Positions 44,139 to 57,383 of a stretch of 64,000 nt of DNA are shown piece by piece. The DNA lies in NCBI RefSeq assembly GCF_009914755.1, contig NC_060933.1. One strand, written 5' to 3'. Position 1 is the stretch's first letter, and every line of letters starts with the position of its first letter. Origin of the DNA: the human T2T-CHM13v2.0 reference genome, Homo sapiens. Under the pieces are notes generated by a model. The model did not search any database. It saw nothing but the letters and a program-made list of their open reading frames with translations, and had not been told where the DNA came from. A program made the translations under genes and the position numbers.

Positions 44139-46238
44139 GGGGAGAGGGGGAGTTACATGAGATACTTGGGTAAAAGCCATCACTACAACACTGCCCAGAA
44201 CAGCAGGTACCATCACAACCTCACCTAGAGGAATTTATGACTCAGACGTCTTTTCACATGAGGATTCTGACCCTCCCTTAAGGGGAACCTAGACATTCAA
44301 CTAAGAAAAATATAGGTTATAGCAATAGCCTTTAAAATTTAGCAAATTACAAGCTATTTCTGTGCAAGCCCTCTTGGAAGTTTTCTGGAACTAGGTACAG
44401 TATTAATTAAGTGCCTACATCAATATATTAAAATTTTACTTGGATTCTATGTTACCTTATGACACCATTTCAGATAACACGAGACCTTAAAATACCGTTG
44501 TAAAGTTAAGGAAAGTTTGAACTAACTGTAGCCCATGAACGAGTCCTTTCTCTGACAGCATTGTGAAAGGAGAGTACTGTGTTGAAATTAACTCTTCTCC
44601 CCATTCTTTCTTTCTCTGACCTGTATATTAACACAAGTCATGAAACACAAATCTGACTTGCTGAAAAACCCCTGATGACTCACTACTTATGAACCTATAT
44701 TCTATGTCACGGCTTTAAATGCTGCTCAAGCCTTGCTCAGACACCAAGTTCCCTTCCTTTCCCCTTCTTCCATGTGAAATGCTCTTTCCTCGGCTAGGAC
44801 TATATCCACCCTACAACCTCTTGTTCATCCTTTTATCCAAACTGTTCCATGCATCTTATATTCCCTGGGAAGGGGTAGACATCTCTGACTCCACTATGAC
44901 TGCTCCTTTAAATATAAACTTGTGTGCACACATCTCTTGCCCAGTAGGCAGTCACATTTTTTAAAGGTTTTTCCTCAATTTCAGGCAAGAAACAGTGTTC
45001 AGAGGTCAAATAAGGGTAATGGTAACTGAGAGGTAAAAGTAAATTCAAGAGACCTTTCAAAGTAGAATATGAATGAATATGTGGAGGATAAGGAAGAAAA
45101 AGGGTTCCTGGGAAAGAAATCATGAGCAACTCTAACCAAGGGTATCTAGATAGGATTCTGGTGACTCCAGGATATCTTAAAAAGGGAAAAAGCAAAAACA
45201 AAGAAAACAAAAAACCCAAGTCTGGTAAAATAAAATAAATTTAACTTTGGAAATGTTAAATTGGAGTTAACCATGAGACATCTAGGGAAACATGTCCGAA
45301 AAGTAGTTGGACACATAGGTCTAAATCATTAGGAGAGAGAGGTATTTCAAAGGTAAACATCTAGGAGAAAAGGTTAATATACTTTAAAAATCGCAAGGTA
45401 CTGAAAACACAGAGAATTAAAGACAAAAATCTGATTAAGAAGACAGAAGAAATCACCATATGCAATTTTTAAACATAGGAAGGTTCCTGGATTACCAGGA
45501 GAGGTCCTGTTTTCAGAGGCACGGGCAAAGTTTTAAACAGAGCATGGCCAACTAAATCAAATAAATATTCAGGAATATGGAAGCAAGAACAGGACAGAAA
45601 GAAACCACTGGTCATGGATTTAATGAGAATCATTTCAGTGGGGACAGAAGCTGAGAAGAAATCAAGATGGAATTTCAGGGGAAATCAAGATGAGACTTTG
45701 ACATCCTTCATGCCATGTTACGAAGAAGAAGAGAGAGAGATGAGACACTTGGTTAAAGGGGTTTGTCCAAATGAGGAACAAAAGATGTATGTTTTAAAAT
45801 AAGAAATAAGTTGGTAGGTAGGAATCAGTGAAATAAGAGGCAGAGTAAGAGGGCTAGGAAAAGTAAAGGACAGACAGAAGTTTCAATAGACACAGAAAGT
45901 TGATGGCTTCATAAAGTAGAAACACCATGGAAAGGAAAGGAGGGGAAAAAAATTATACAATGTTAATACAAGCTTCTACAAGATAAATTCTTGGTAGGAA
46001 AAAAGTAATCTCTAAAGATACATTTGTACCTTTTCTCATGTCAATACTGAGATTTATGTAACAAAAGTCACTCCACCTTTCCTTTTATGCCAATAGGCTT
46101 ATAACAACATTTGCTTTCTAAAAATTACAATTCTATTTCATCATGAGACTTGAAAGCATCTGTTTCTTTTGCCTCCTTTATAAAATCTCTAACATTCTAT
46201 TCTTATGCATCTTCTGTAACTTGGGTATGTCATCTTAA

Positions 46239-46541
<303 letters not shown>

Positions 46542-47983
46542 AATTCAACACATTTCTATTTGATTCCACATCAAATGATACTTTCTGCAGGAAGCCTTCT
46601 TGATCAAACTAGCTGAAGAGAAAGTAGAATGAAAAAACCCCTCACTTTTATCAAGCACCTGCTATCTGTCAGGTGTGCTCCCCTATGTGATCCTCACAAC
46701 TGGCATGAACATAATTGACTGCACAAAGCGGTTGGCTGACTTGCTCATTCTCCTGATGACCCTTATAATCATTCAAGGGAAAATTTTAATTCCAAAGTTC
46801 ATGCTCTTTTCACTCCACCATGCCACCTACAATGGTGGGAAACAGTATTTCACAACTTTGAACTCCTACAAGACCTGCATCGTAACACTAATATTTAGTC
46901 TTTATCTTAAATATAAATACATATGTAATATACATTTCATATATTATAATTATGTATATATTATTTTGTAGATTTTATGAACAAAAACATTTGGGAAAAG
47001 CAAGGTTCATGTGTAACTCACATTTTTATCTTCTCCAGTATCTAGCCGAGTGTGATGCATACAATAGATGCTCAATAAATATCTGCTGGCTGAAAAATCT
47101 ACCTATAGACAGCTCTTTCTGAATTGTTTATGGTTCTTGGTATAAAATGGTGTGTATTTTACACAAGGGCAAATGGCTGTCTCTGCTTCTAATGTTGAGC
47201 TGACTCAAATGTAGTATTTAATTGTTAACTCAGCAATCGTTAGGCAATTAATATAATTTGTTATCTGATAGAGTAGGTGACTGGGGAGACATGGAAAAAT
47301 CTCCTTCTCTCAGGACCTTACAAGACATTCCTAAATTGTCCCCTTTTTTTGACTCTTTCACATTAAGTATTACAAATAATCAGGCTAGAAGCACTGTGGA
47401 GGCTGGGCATGGTGCCAACTGCTATGTAGATCAACCTTTCATGAGTGGGCTGTATACAAGTTCCCATAATGTACCCTGTAAAATTATGTAGCTGAGGGCT
47501 ATGCGTTCTTCTGGCTTTTTAAGAGTAATTTGTGAAAGAAACACTTCCCTCATCCTCTCTTCCTTTACTCTGAATCCTATTCTAAATTTGAACATTTAAG
47601 AACTTTATTGAATGTGACGTCTCCAAACAAGTTAGAGGATAAAGAAGAAAAATGTTTTAAAACAAAATACATTAAAAAAAAAGTCCTTTGATTTTAGCAC
47701 TGACCCATACAGACCTCATTCTCAAATTACTTAAAGGTTTTACCTACGATGTCAGGTCTTACCTGCCATTAACCAGTCCTTTCAGCATCTTTCTCCAAAT
47801 ATTTTTATGAATAGAGAGCCTATTTATAGTCGAATGCACATTGTCTAGTGCCAAAGTTTAAAATCACCTTTTAAGTATCATGAAATAGTGCATTTTTCCT
47901 CATTAAAAACATCTTGATCCTAATGGACACAATAAATGAGGACATGAGAAGGAATAGACATGAATTTATTAAGAAGTGAATGA

Positions 47984-48410
<427 letters not shown>

Positions 48411-48661
48411 TTATGTACAGATTAAAAAGTACTAAGTTTGTCCTAAATTCTAAGATTTGAAAAATCAAGCAAATATCGGCTCTAGTGATCTCAACAGATG
48501 AACAAATGACAATGAATACTGAAGATTTTGAACTAGTTTTCCTAATAATTATTTGGTTTGTTTCTATTAGTTTTATGACAACCTTCTGTTGGCTTTGATT
48601 TCAGTATCTATAAAATAACATTGGAGAGAGAGCTATCTCAAAATTTTTATGACTTAAAGAA

Positions 48662-48975
<314 letters not shown>

Positions 48976-51900
48976 AGCGACTTAAAGAATTTCTTAAGTG
49001 CAAGATAAGCACATAGCTATCATTAATAGATAATCCTTCTTTGATTTACTCAGTTATTTATTTAGTGTCATCCTTGCTCCAGAGAGGATATAAGGTGGCT
49101 TACTTGAGGTACACCCAATATATAATCCTACTGGTTCCCAGAGGTGTTGCCACACTACATGCATAAGTCAACACACAAAATAGCACAAGCACCTATAAAA
49201 CCTACAAAAAGGAAAGTAGCATGTTAAGTCCATGTTATTCCCGGTAAGAAAGTTCTGCTTAATGATACTAGAAAGGCCCCAAAAGTTTATATCATAAAAT
49301 TTGCAAAAACTGCCCTAGCATTTAACATGTCTTCGTCATATTACCAGCAGAGAATTCCCCACAAAACTACCAGCCTTCCTGAACTCCAAAATAAGACATT
49401 AGTTTGGAACTGACTTAGAAGCAAAAATCTGAATTCTAGATTGCTATGTTTTCCTTGGATTTTACCCATTCTAGGATTAGTCAAGGGATTGAGATTGGGA
49501 AATCTTAAAGATCATAGTCCAAAGAATGTAGACACACAAAATAATAAAGCAAGTCAAAGCTAATTTCCAAAGATTACCATCCAATCAATCACACATTTCC
49601 TAAAAGTAGCAGTGGAGTTTTTAATTATTAAAGGTAAAAAGAGATTCATGTCTAAGTCCCAAAATTAATGGTTTACCCTCATTTGGTCCACAAGAGTTGT
49701 TTGCTATAACCAAGAGAGGACATTTTTAGTTCTATTGCTTAGGAGGGATTAACTTGTTAAAAAAAAAAAAAAAAACAAAGAAGAAGAAGTGAATATAAAT
49801 ATATAACTTCTGACTCTATCATAAACAAGGCAAATGTGTATCCCTAGAAAAATGAAGTGCTTAGCGCTTCTCAGCCAAAATTGCAATGCCATGTCCTTGG
49901 GTGCTATCTGAGTTGTAGAGCACCTTCACTCCAAAAAGATTACGGTGCCCACCCCTGCCACGTAACAAAGAATGCAAACAAAACATTTAAGTCACAAATC
50001 GTTTAAAGAAATACCATAAAGGCTACTTAAAAGCTCTATAAAATAACAAATGACAAAAAATTACTTAAATATTTTATAAAATAATATCAAATATTCCTTT
50101 CCAAAAATGCGTTGCCTTTGCTGCTTGTGCTTAAATACTAATTCCAACACAGAAACTCAAAGTAAGAACTAAAGGCCTATCTGTAGATGTCCATACTATA
50201 GTTTGAAGAGCTTTAGGGTCACCCTTCAGAAGTTCTAAGTCAGTAAGAAAGTAGTCTCAAAGTCAGACATTCAAGCCTGATGCTGGAGAAAAGCCAAGCC
50301 AGAGGAGGTGTTAAGTTTGTGGGTAGGCATATGCATCTGCACTTATAGGATGATCGGATGGGATTCCACCTTCAAGTCAACAGTGGGGAACAGATTTCAA
50401 AGAGCCTATATCTCCAAAAGGGCTTGAATTTTTGCCATCTCTTCCCAAGCTGTTGGGGAATAAACACAGGAATAGACGGTAGCAATTTCCATGGGTTGCA
50501 CATCTCCCAGTGGAAAACTACCAGTGATAAGAAAGTGTTGGTATTCAAGGTGATCTTTTTCAAAAGCTTAGCTTGTATTTGGTATAACAATTCAAGCAGC
50601 AAAGTGATTTGATTGTTTCATTGCTTGTGGTGGTAGACTGAATTTTCTCATACATGGATCGTGCCTTCTCAAGACACAAAATCTCAATTTTGGAGATTTC
50701 ATATTTTGGCCAAGGCAAGAATACAGAGATAAAAAGAGCTTCCTAAAGATAAATTATGTCCTAAAATACCAAATATGCTTATACTTAAAAAAGAAGCTTT
50801 TAATAGAAAGTATAATTTACTCCAGTTGACTACAAAACAAAAACCTTAATAAGTTCTAGTTGTTCAACATTTAAAATTAGAAAACATTTTATATTCTAGG
50901 TTTAATTTATTTCGAAGTATTACAAAACAAACTCTTAAGCTCATAAAAAATTCTTTAATAATCTCTATCATTAAGTCCAAAATAGAATTCCTTAATAAGC
51001 CTTATGGTTGAGTTCATAGTATTATAATACACAAGGCATATTAAAGTCAATATTTTACATTCTGGATAATTAAATAAAATTCTAATTATATTCCATTTAA
51101 GTTGGGTATAATGTGTATTTTATATTACATTCTGGCTCTAAAAAAATAGAATCAACGTACGATTTACATATATACAATTTTCAACTAATCATAAAATGTA
51201 TTTATCTGTAGCATCCCAGTTTCAGGACACAGTCTCAAAAAGGTTTGAGTTCCAAGGAAAATTTAAAAGGGAAAAAAATTAGAGGTGTTCTACCTTGGTT
51301 GTTTTTGTTTGCCATGTTATATGCAAACAGAGAAATAAAGAGATGCTACATCGAATGCAGCAAAAATGAAATTTTAACCAAGCTTCTTGACAAATATTGA
51401 AAAATTGAATGATGTTACATAACTATTCAAGGATTATTTATTCAGCTCAAGTAGAGAACAGTTTTAGGTGAGTATAATTCCTTCTGTACATGTTCAGAAA
51501 TGAACTTCAAACAATAACTGCTTTATTAGTTTCAAATCAAGCTTTCATTCAAATGCAGAAAACATATCCGTTGTTTAGTCCGACTTATAATAGCTATCAA
51601 CTCTTTTTCTACCAAAGGTTCCCCTCTTCTCCCACCTCATTCTTTGTAAGATGAGTAAGGAGACTTTTAAAAAATGTTTGGATAAAATTCATTTTGTCTA
51701 TCATGCAACACAGGGAAAATATCAGTTAATTAAAAAGAAAAAAATCTTTGTAAAGTTAAAAGACCCTATAAGTTAATGAAATATTCTGAACTTCTGAAAA
51801 TTTTTGACAAAATTTATTATATTCTAAGTAGCCTTTTTGGAAAGATAACTAAAATAATATCAATCCTCCATTCACACACAACAAAATAAAATAAATTTAA

Positions 51901-53227
51901 CTGGGAATTACATTTTAAATTATTCTGTTTTTAATGTTTTGCTCTCAATGTACAGTAATATTTAAATGATTTATGAAGAAAATGAAAAATCAACTTAGCA
52001 TACATTTTTAAACCTGTGTTTAATTAGAACTTTTTATCTTTGAAGTGTATACTACTTTTGTCAACAATATGATTTTGTACAATACAGAATTAATAAATAT
52101 TTGGAAAAAGATAATTTTTCTGAAATAAAAAAACATAGGACTCAGAAAAATATAGTCTGTTTTGATTTTGCATTTTTACTTGTATATCTACTTGCTGTAT
52201 CTTTCTAAAATCATTTTAAGACAAAATTGGTCTGATAAACTTTCTTGCAATTTTGGTGTTCTTCTGGTATTTCAGCCTCATATTAGCTAAGCACGACTTC
52301 AAGGAAGATCAAACGATGGAGGACCTAAAAACTAAGTCTACCTGAGGAAACTTTTCCTATTACTTCATATAAACTTTCTGGTTTATTTTCAACGAAAGGA
52401 CAGATGAGATTGTTTGGGGAGGTGGGGGGCATGTGTAGCTGGTTCGGGGTTTTTGTGTTTGGTTTTGTTTTTGTTAGTTTATTCTTAGAGCACTCTTTTA
52501 CTAAAGTCACCAATATAATTCACATTCTTTTAATAATGAAAAACTGCTTGTGCTAGTTTTATCTCATGAGAAAAAACACTGTTCCTAAATCAAAAGCAAA
52601 ATGTTGTATGTTCAGAGCTATATGAAGACAGCCAAGTTATAAAAGCCCATTTTCAGATCTGGAACAACTTCTGAAAACAAAGAGGGTATTTGGGATACCT
52701 TATGCTAAAGAAAAAAAAAATCCTGCTTTCATTATTTCCTGATTCTGGAGATCCAATAAAAACTTTATGGAATAAAAAGTCTTGCAAAAATCCTTCAGTG
52801 AAAACATAACCAACCACTCCCACCCCCAACCCCCTTCTAAAGTAATGAGAGTTGATAAACTATAATTGCAGTATGGAAATTTTTACATTTTCTTATGAGT
52901 TTTAAAAGAAAGATTAAAAGGTTCATTGGCTTTTCAAACAGCAATTATTTTAGCACCTAAAAGATACACAACTAAAATATATGCGTATTTATTTTCAAAG
53001 AAACACCAACAAAAATTAAAACATTGGTGATTAGGTAAATACTGATGACGCCAATATAAAAGTATTTGCCACTGCAAAGGGCCTAAGCACAATCACATCT
53101 TGTCCCGATCATACCTGCCTGCCAGAACAAAATAGGCAGCTGACCAATTATGGGGTGTTTATCTATACAGTGGTACCTTTGTTCTCCAACAATGTCAGAT
53201 TGCAAATGTCCTGGAACACATATTTAC

Positions 53228-53281
53228 CTGGAGGATTCTTGGCAGGATCATTGTGGCTTGGACTTCCTGATTGTCCAGAAT
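53228..53281 (-). CDS. NFIB: NFIB internal coding exon (54 nt, phase 1-1; exon 3 in common numbering)
   Basis: Minus strand reads tttctttacag|ATTCTGGACAATCAGGA...AAGAATCCTCCAG|gtaaat. It encodes (D)[17 protein letters not shown](G), which I recognise as NFIB just after the DNA-binding domain, and is in frame with the next exons. Confidence 0.97.
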
Positions 53282-53834
53282 CTGTAAAGAAATCACAGAA
53301 AATGTTTTCTTTTTAATTTGTTTTGAAAGAATTTCACAATCCTCAAAGGACTCGAAAAAAAAATTTGAAGGTATAAAAATGAAGTTGAGTGCTTAAATAA
53401 AATACACTTTCCCAAGACTTTTGATAGAAACATTTTACTCATCAAACTACATGAATGCATATACATATTTCTATGTCAAAAGAAAAACACAAGTATTGAT
53501 CTATAATTTTCTTGGGCTAGAGCAAGGTTTTTTTGAAACAAAAGATCTGGCTACAAAGCCATTGAAGATGGTTTGAAGGTTAGGCAAATACTGAGGCCTG
53601 TCAGTAGCAATATGAAATAAAGCAGATATATTCTCTTAAAAATGCAATCTAAGTGTAATTAAACGTGCATTTAAAAGCCTGAAAGTATGTTTTTATTCAA
53701 TGAGTAAAATACACAGAAATGAGAGTCCGCTTTTCCATGATTTCACACACAAGTACACATACCCACTCCAATAATCTCCCAACCTACTGGATCCAGGCCC
53801 AGATTTATCTACATCCCATAATAGCAATCGATTT

Positions 53835-54010
53835 GCAAACAGCAAGGAAAGCATAAATTACTAGGTAGAAACCAACATGGCTTTGTGGAGAGCAAATGGT
53901 TGAATCAATTTAATTTCCATCCATGACAGATGGACAGACTTTGCAGGTAAGGAGGAAGAGATCAATGTCGTATATCTGAATTTCCTACCCCATACTATTC
54001 CTCATTGATG
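53835..54010 (+). mobile_element. CR1/L3 LINE reverse-transcriptase fossil
   Basis: With one frameshift it translates as NQHGFVESK / INLISIHDRWTDFAGKEEEINVVYLNFLPHTIPH, matching CR1 RT QHGF..GRSC.TNLISFYD.VT..VD.G..VDVVYLDFSKAFD.VPH. Confidence 0.75.
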
Positions 54011-54099
54011 CTACAGAAAGAAACGTGGAAGACATACAACTGTTAGGCAACATGCCCTTTCGGACTGATCTGACACTGTTGTGTTTTGCTCACTCCTCT

Positions 54100-54340
54100 T
54101 CCCTCCTTGTACCCTCTCCATTTATCTGTGTCATTTGCCCCATATTATTATACACTTACTTGCGAGTTGCTTTGTAATCTTCTTTTATTGGTTCTAGCAT
54201 TTAAGTTTTGTCGCCCCAACTAAATTGCATACTCCTAAGCAGAGGCAGAGATTCTGTCTACTTCTTTTGTGTCCTCCTCAGTGTGCTGTTCATGGCTGTG
54301 AATGCACTAGGCTTGCAGTAAACGCCGGAGGAATGGATGG
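54100..54340 (+). mobile_element. L2 3'-end fragment
   Basis: aactaaattgcatactcctaagcagaggcagagattctgtctacttcttttgtgtcctc...gcagtaaacgccggaggaatggatgg resembles an L2 3' terminus. Confidence 0.6.
54160..54300 (-). other. NFIB: Candidate alternative non-coding first exon of a short NFIB transcript (5' boundary unknown)
   Basis: Consensus donor CGCAA|GTAAGT (GT at 54159-54158), 878 nt upstream of the 54-nt exon acceptor. I recall an annotated short NFIB isoform starting near here (unverified). Confidence 0.5.
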
Positions 54341-56177
54341 CTCAGCTCCAGCAGCCTCTTTGCTTGCCTAGAAAAGGCAATTTTGAACTTGATAATGAAT
54401 TTCAACAAAATTTGATAGGTGGGGCACAAATGACGGCTCTGTCATGTACTGCCATATACTGACAAGTCTCTTCCCCCAAACCTTGCCATTATACTTGAGC
54501 CAAGAAAGTGATTTGGTTAAGCAGGAAAATCATATGCTGGTTTTTTTCATCGGGGTTATTCTGTCCTTCCAGGTAAGTGATTAACATACTGAAATTGCTG
54601 CTTCTACTATTAAATGCAAGAACATCCTGTTAGTTTCTTCTCATATAAAACCTGGTTATTTATTTCTGCCCTTTGCCTCATGCCTGTTAGCTTAGATTTA
54701 ATGCTGAAATCAGAATTTTACCCCTTCATCCCATTTCCTTAATTGTCTTTTTGGTTTTATTCTAGAACAGATTTCATGAGATCTTGGCAGGCATATTTAG
54801 TGATTCCCACATTTTCCTCCAATTGTTTCCTGATTTTTCAAAATGAAAGTAAAGAAACTAGAAATGACCATTCTTCATCTGGCTCGAGTCTCCTGAAGAC
54901 AGTCAGAGAGCTGAGAACTCTCTGAAAATCTCTCTCATCTCCCATGAAGTCCTCTTATTACTTTTTCTGAAATCAAGGCAAGATTCAGTGACTTATAAAT
55001 TAGGAGATCAATCTTCTTCGTTCTACATTCCTTTAAAAAACTGGTACAATATGGGCCACTTTCCAGGCCTGGAGTATGATAGCTACATAAAAATGATAAA
55101 TCATAACTTTTTGCTATAGCATCAGCTATTTTTACCTTGAGTTCCTCTGACAAACGTCTCTCAGCATTGATATTACATTCCAGTTTAATTTCTCAAGCGA
55201 TTCTAACATTTTTTAGGAATTCCTACTTATGTATAATACACCCACTGACCAGAGCCTCCCTATGTTTTACTTTCCCTCCAAAGCTATCTCACTCTTATGA
55301 AGGTCTAGACATGCACCCCTCAAGGTGGCTAATGCCAAGCTTGTGATGACACCTGAGATAGTTAAAGTTGTCAATTGTTGCAGCAGTCGCCTTATTTCAG
55401 GAGTTGTAGACTCTGCATGAGCCTTAGCATGTTTAGTTACAGCAACTTCAAAATGGTGCCGCAAAACTCTTTTCCATCATCTGTTGCTAAAATTTGGGTC
55501 CAGCAGAGAAAAGAATGAAAAGTCTCTTCCATTCGTAAGAAACTATCCAGCTAGAACAATGGCATCCCCTGTTACCACAACATCCCACTTGGGAAACTCT
55601 ATTCTTTTCTGCTATAAATTACTTTTTCTTCTCATTTCCAACAACTGCAGACCAACTTCTTCGATTGAAAAAATATACTTACTAAAAAAACCACAAGCAT
55701 TTGAGGGAAAGCTGAAGTAGACCCTAAATTTGAGGCACACATTGGCTTTTTGTAACAATTCCACTTTCTAAAATGATCTGGTGTTTACTGGCACACAATG
55801 ACAGACTCCTTCATATGCCAAAGCCCATACCTTCTCATGAAATAAAGCAGTGTATACTGTGTCTCAGAAACATAGGAGAGGGCCCTCTCAGTGAGCAAAT
55901 GATAGAGCATTTACTTTTCAGACTGTAAATTCTAACACTATAATCTACTCTTAACTCTTATGTCACCTTATATCGGTCACTTAATTCCAACTGCTGGAAA
56001 AGGAAGTAACCAGGGAGTCGTGGTTGGCAGAGAAACCAAAAATGAACTGTTATTGTGGTTGACTTCAGAGAAGGAATTATTCAGACCACATCTAAACCCC
56101 TTCCAATTCACCACCTAGGTCAAATTACTCTATACCCAAAGGTTTTATTTAACCACTTCCATCACTTTGCTCAACAC

Positions 56178-56184
<7 letters not shown>

Positions 56185-56258
<74 letters not shown>
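56185..56258. repeat. Compound (CT)16(GT)21 microsatellite
   Basis: Perfect adjacent runs. Confidence 0.97.
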
Positions 56259-56260
<2 letters not shown>

Positions 56261-56269
56261 TTAATATGT

Positions 56270-56460
56270 TACAGTGAAGCCTGGCTCTGTCCCTCACTAG
56301 TGACATGATCTTGTACAAAATTACTTACTCTTAAGAGTCTTGGTGTCTGGATCTTGAAAACTGCAATAATATTATCTACCTTGTAAAATCATTGCAAGAT
56401 TCTATCACATTAAGCACCAAAAGCATTGGGTCAGACACAGTCTACATTATCAGTAAATAA
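56270..56460 (+). mobile_element. MIR
   Basis: cctggctctgtccctcactagtgacatgatcttgtacaaaattactta...aataatattatctaccttg. Confidence 0.65.
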
Positions 56461-56470
56461 AAGATATTAA

Positions 56471-56572
56471 TATTAAGCATAGAGCCACATTTAAAATGAT
56501 TAATATATTTAATGGTTTAAACATATTAAAATGAAAAAATTAATCATTTTTAATGTGGCTCTATGCTTAATA
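56471..56572. repeat. 34-bp inverted repeat (1 mismatch), 34-nt spacer
   Basis: tattaagcatagagccacatttaaaatgattaat (56471-56504) versus attaatcatttttaatgtggctctatgcttaata (56539-56572). Confidence 0.95.
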
Positions 56573-56903
56573 ACAACTAACTTTTAGGAAGAAAGGGAGA
56601 AAAGGGACATAACTAAGTTCTGTCCATCCCAACACACGCATCTGAAAATGACTGGTGGGATGACTAAGCATGGAGAAGTGTGTGCCTACCTGAGAAATCC
56701 TGTGTAAATGCTTTCACCCCTCATTCCCCAAAAGGGAGGAGCCCACTGCTCTTCAAGGCTCTTAGCAGCTGTCATGCTCAAAAGGCAGTAGATACCAGCC
56801 AGTTGATGAAAATTACCTTCCAGAAGGCTGAAGTCTTTGAGGAACAAGGCTGCTAAGAGTTGTGAGCTGCCCAGCATACTGGGTCTGGTGTCTGGGAAAA
56901 AAA

Positions 56904-57201
56904 ATTTTTTTTTTTTTTTTGAGGCAGAGTCTTGCTCTGTCACCCAGGCTAGAGTGCAGTAGCACTATCACAGCTCACTGAAGCCTCCACCTCCTGGGTT
57001 CAAGCCATTCTTGTGCTTCAGCCTCCCGAGTAGCTAGGACTACAGGCGCACACCACCACACCCAGCTAGTTTTTGTATTTTTTGGTAGAGACGGGGTTTC
57101 ACCATGTTGGTCAGGCTGGTCTTGAACTCCTGGCCTGAAGCGATCCGCCTACCTCGGCCTCCCAAAGTGCTGGGATTACAGGTGTGAGCCACCACACCCA
57201 G
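56904..57201 (-). mobile_element. Alu (older S/J)
   Basis: poly-T gaggcagagtcttgctctgtcacccaggct...gggattacaggtgtgagccaccacaccca; approximate TSD gtgtctgg. Confidence 0.94.
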
Positions 57202-57331
57202 TTTAGTGTCTGGAAAGATTTTGATGCAGTAGAGAAAAAGAGAGGAGTTTTTGGAGGCAGCCAACCAAAACCAGTCCTCCCTCATTCTCTTCCACCTCTC
57301 ATTTTATCTTCCTCGATCTCAATCTCTATTT

Positions 57332-57383
57332 TCCCCATTCTTTAAGTGTGGGTTTCATGCTCCCCATTCTTTAAGTGTGGGTT
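57332..57383. repeat. Perfect 23-bp direct repeat with 6-nt spacer
   Basis: tccccattctttaagtgtgggtt at 57332-57354 and 57361-57383, spacer tcatgc. Confidence 0.95.

Noticed and set aside
47404-47418. NFI-like site TGGGCATGGTGCCAA (possible autoregulation)
   Set aside because: Mismatch in one TGG half-site; a single imperfect match in 64 kb is expected. Sites at about 55326 and about 62841 have the wrong spacing.
54935-55464. Minus-strand ORFs suggesting a processed pseudogene
   Set aside because: No recognisable protein, poly(A) tail or TSD; the opposite strand fits a LINE fossil better.
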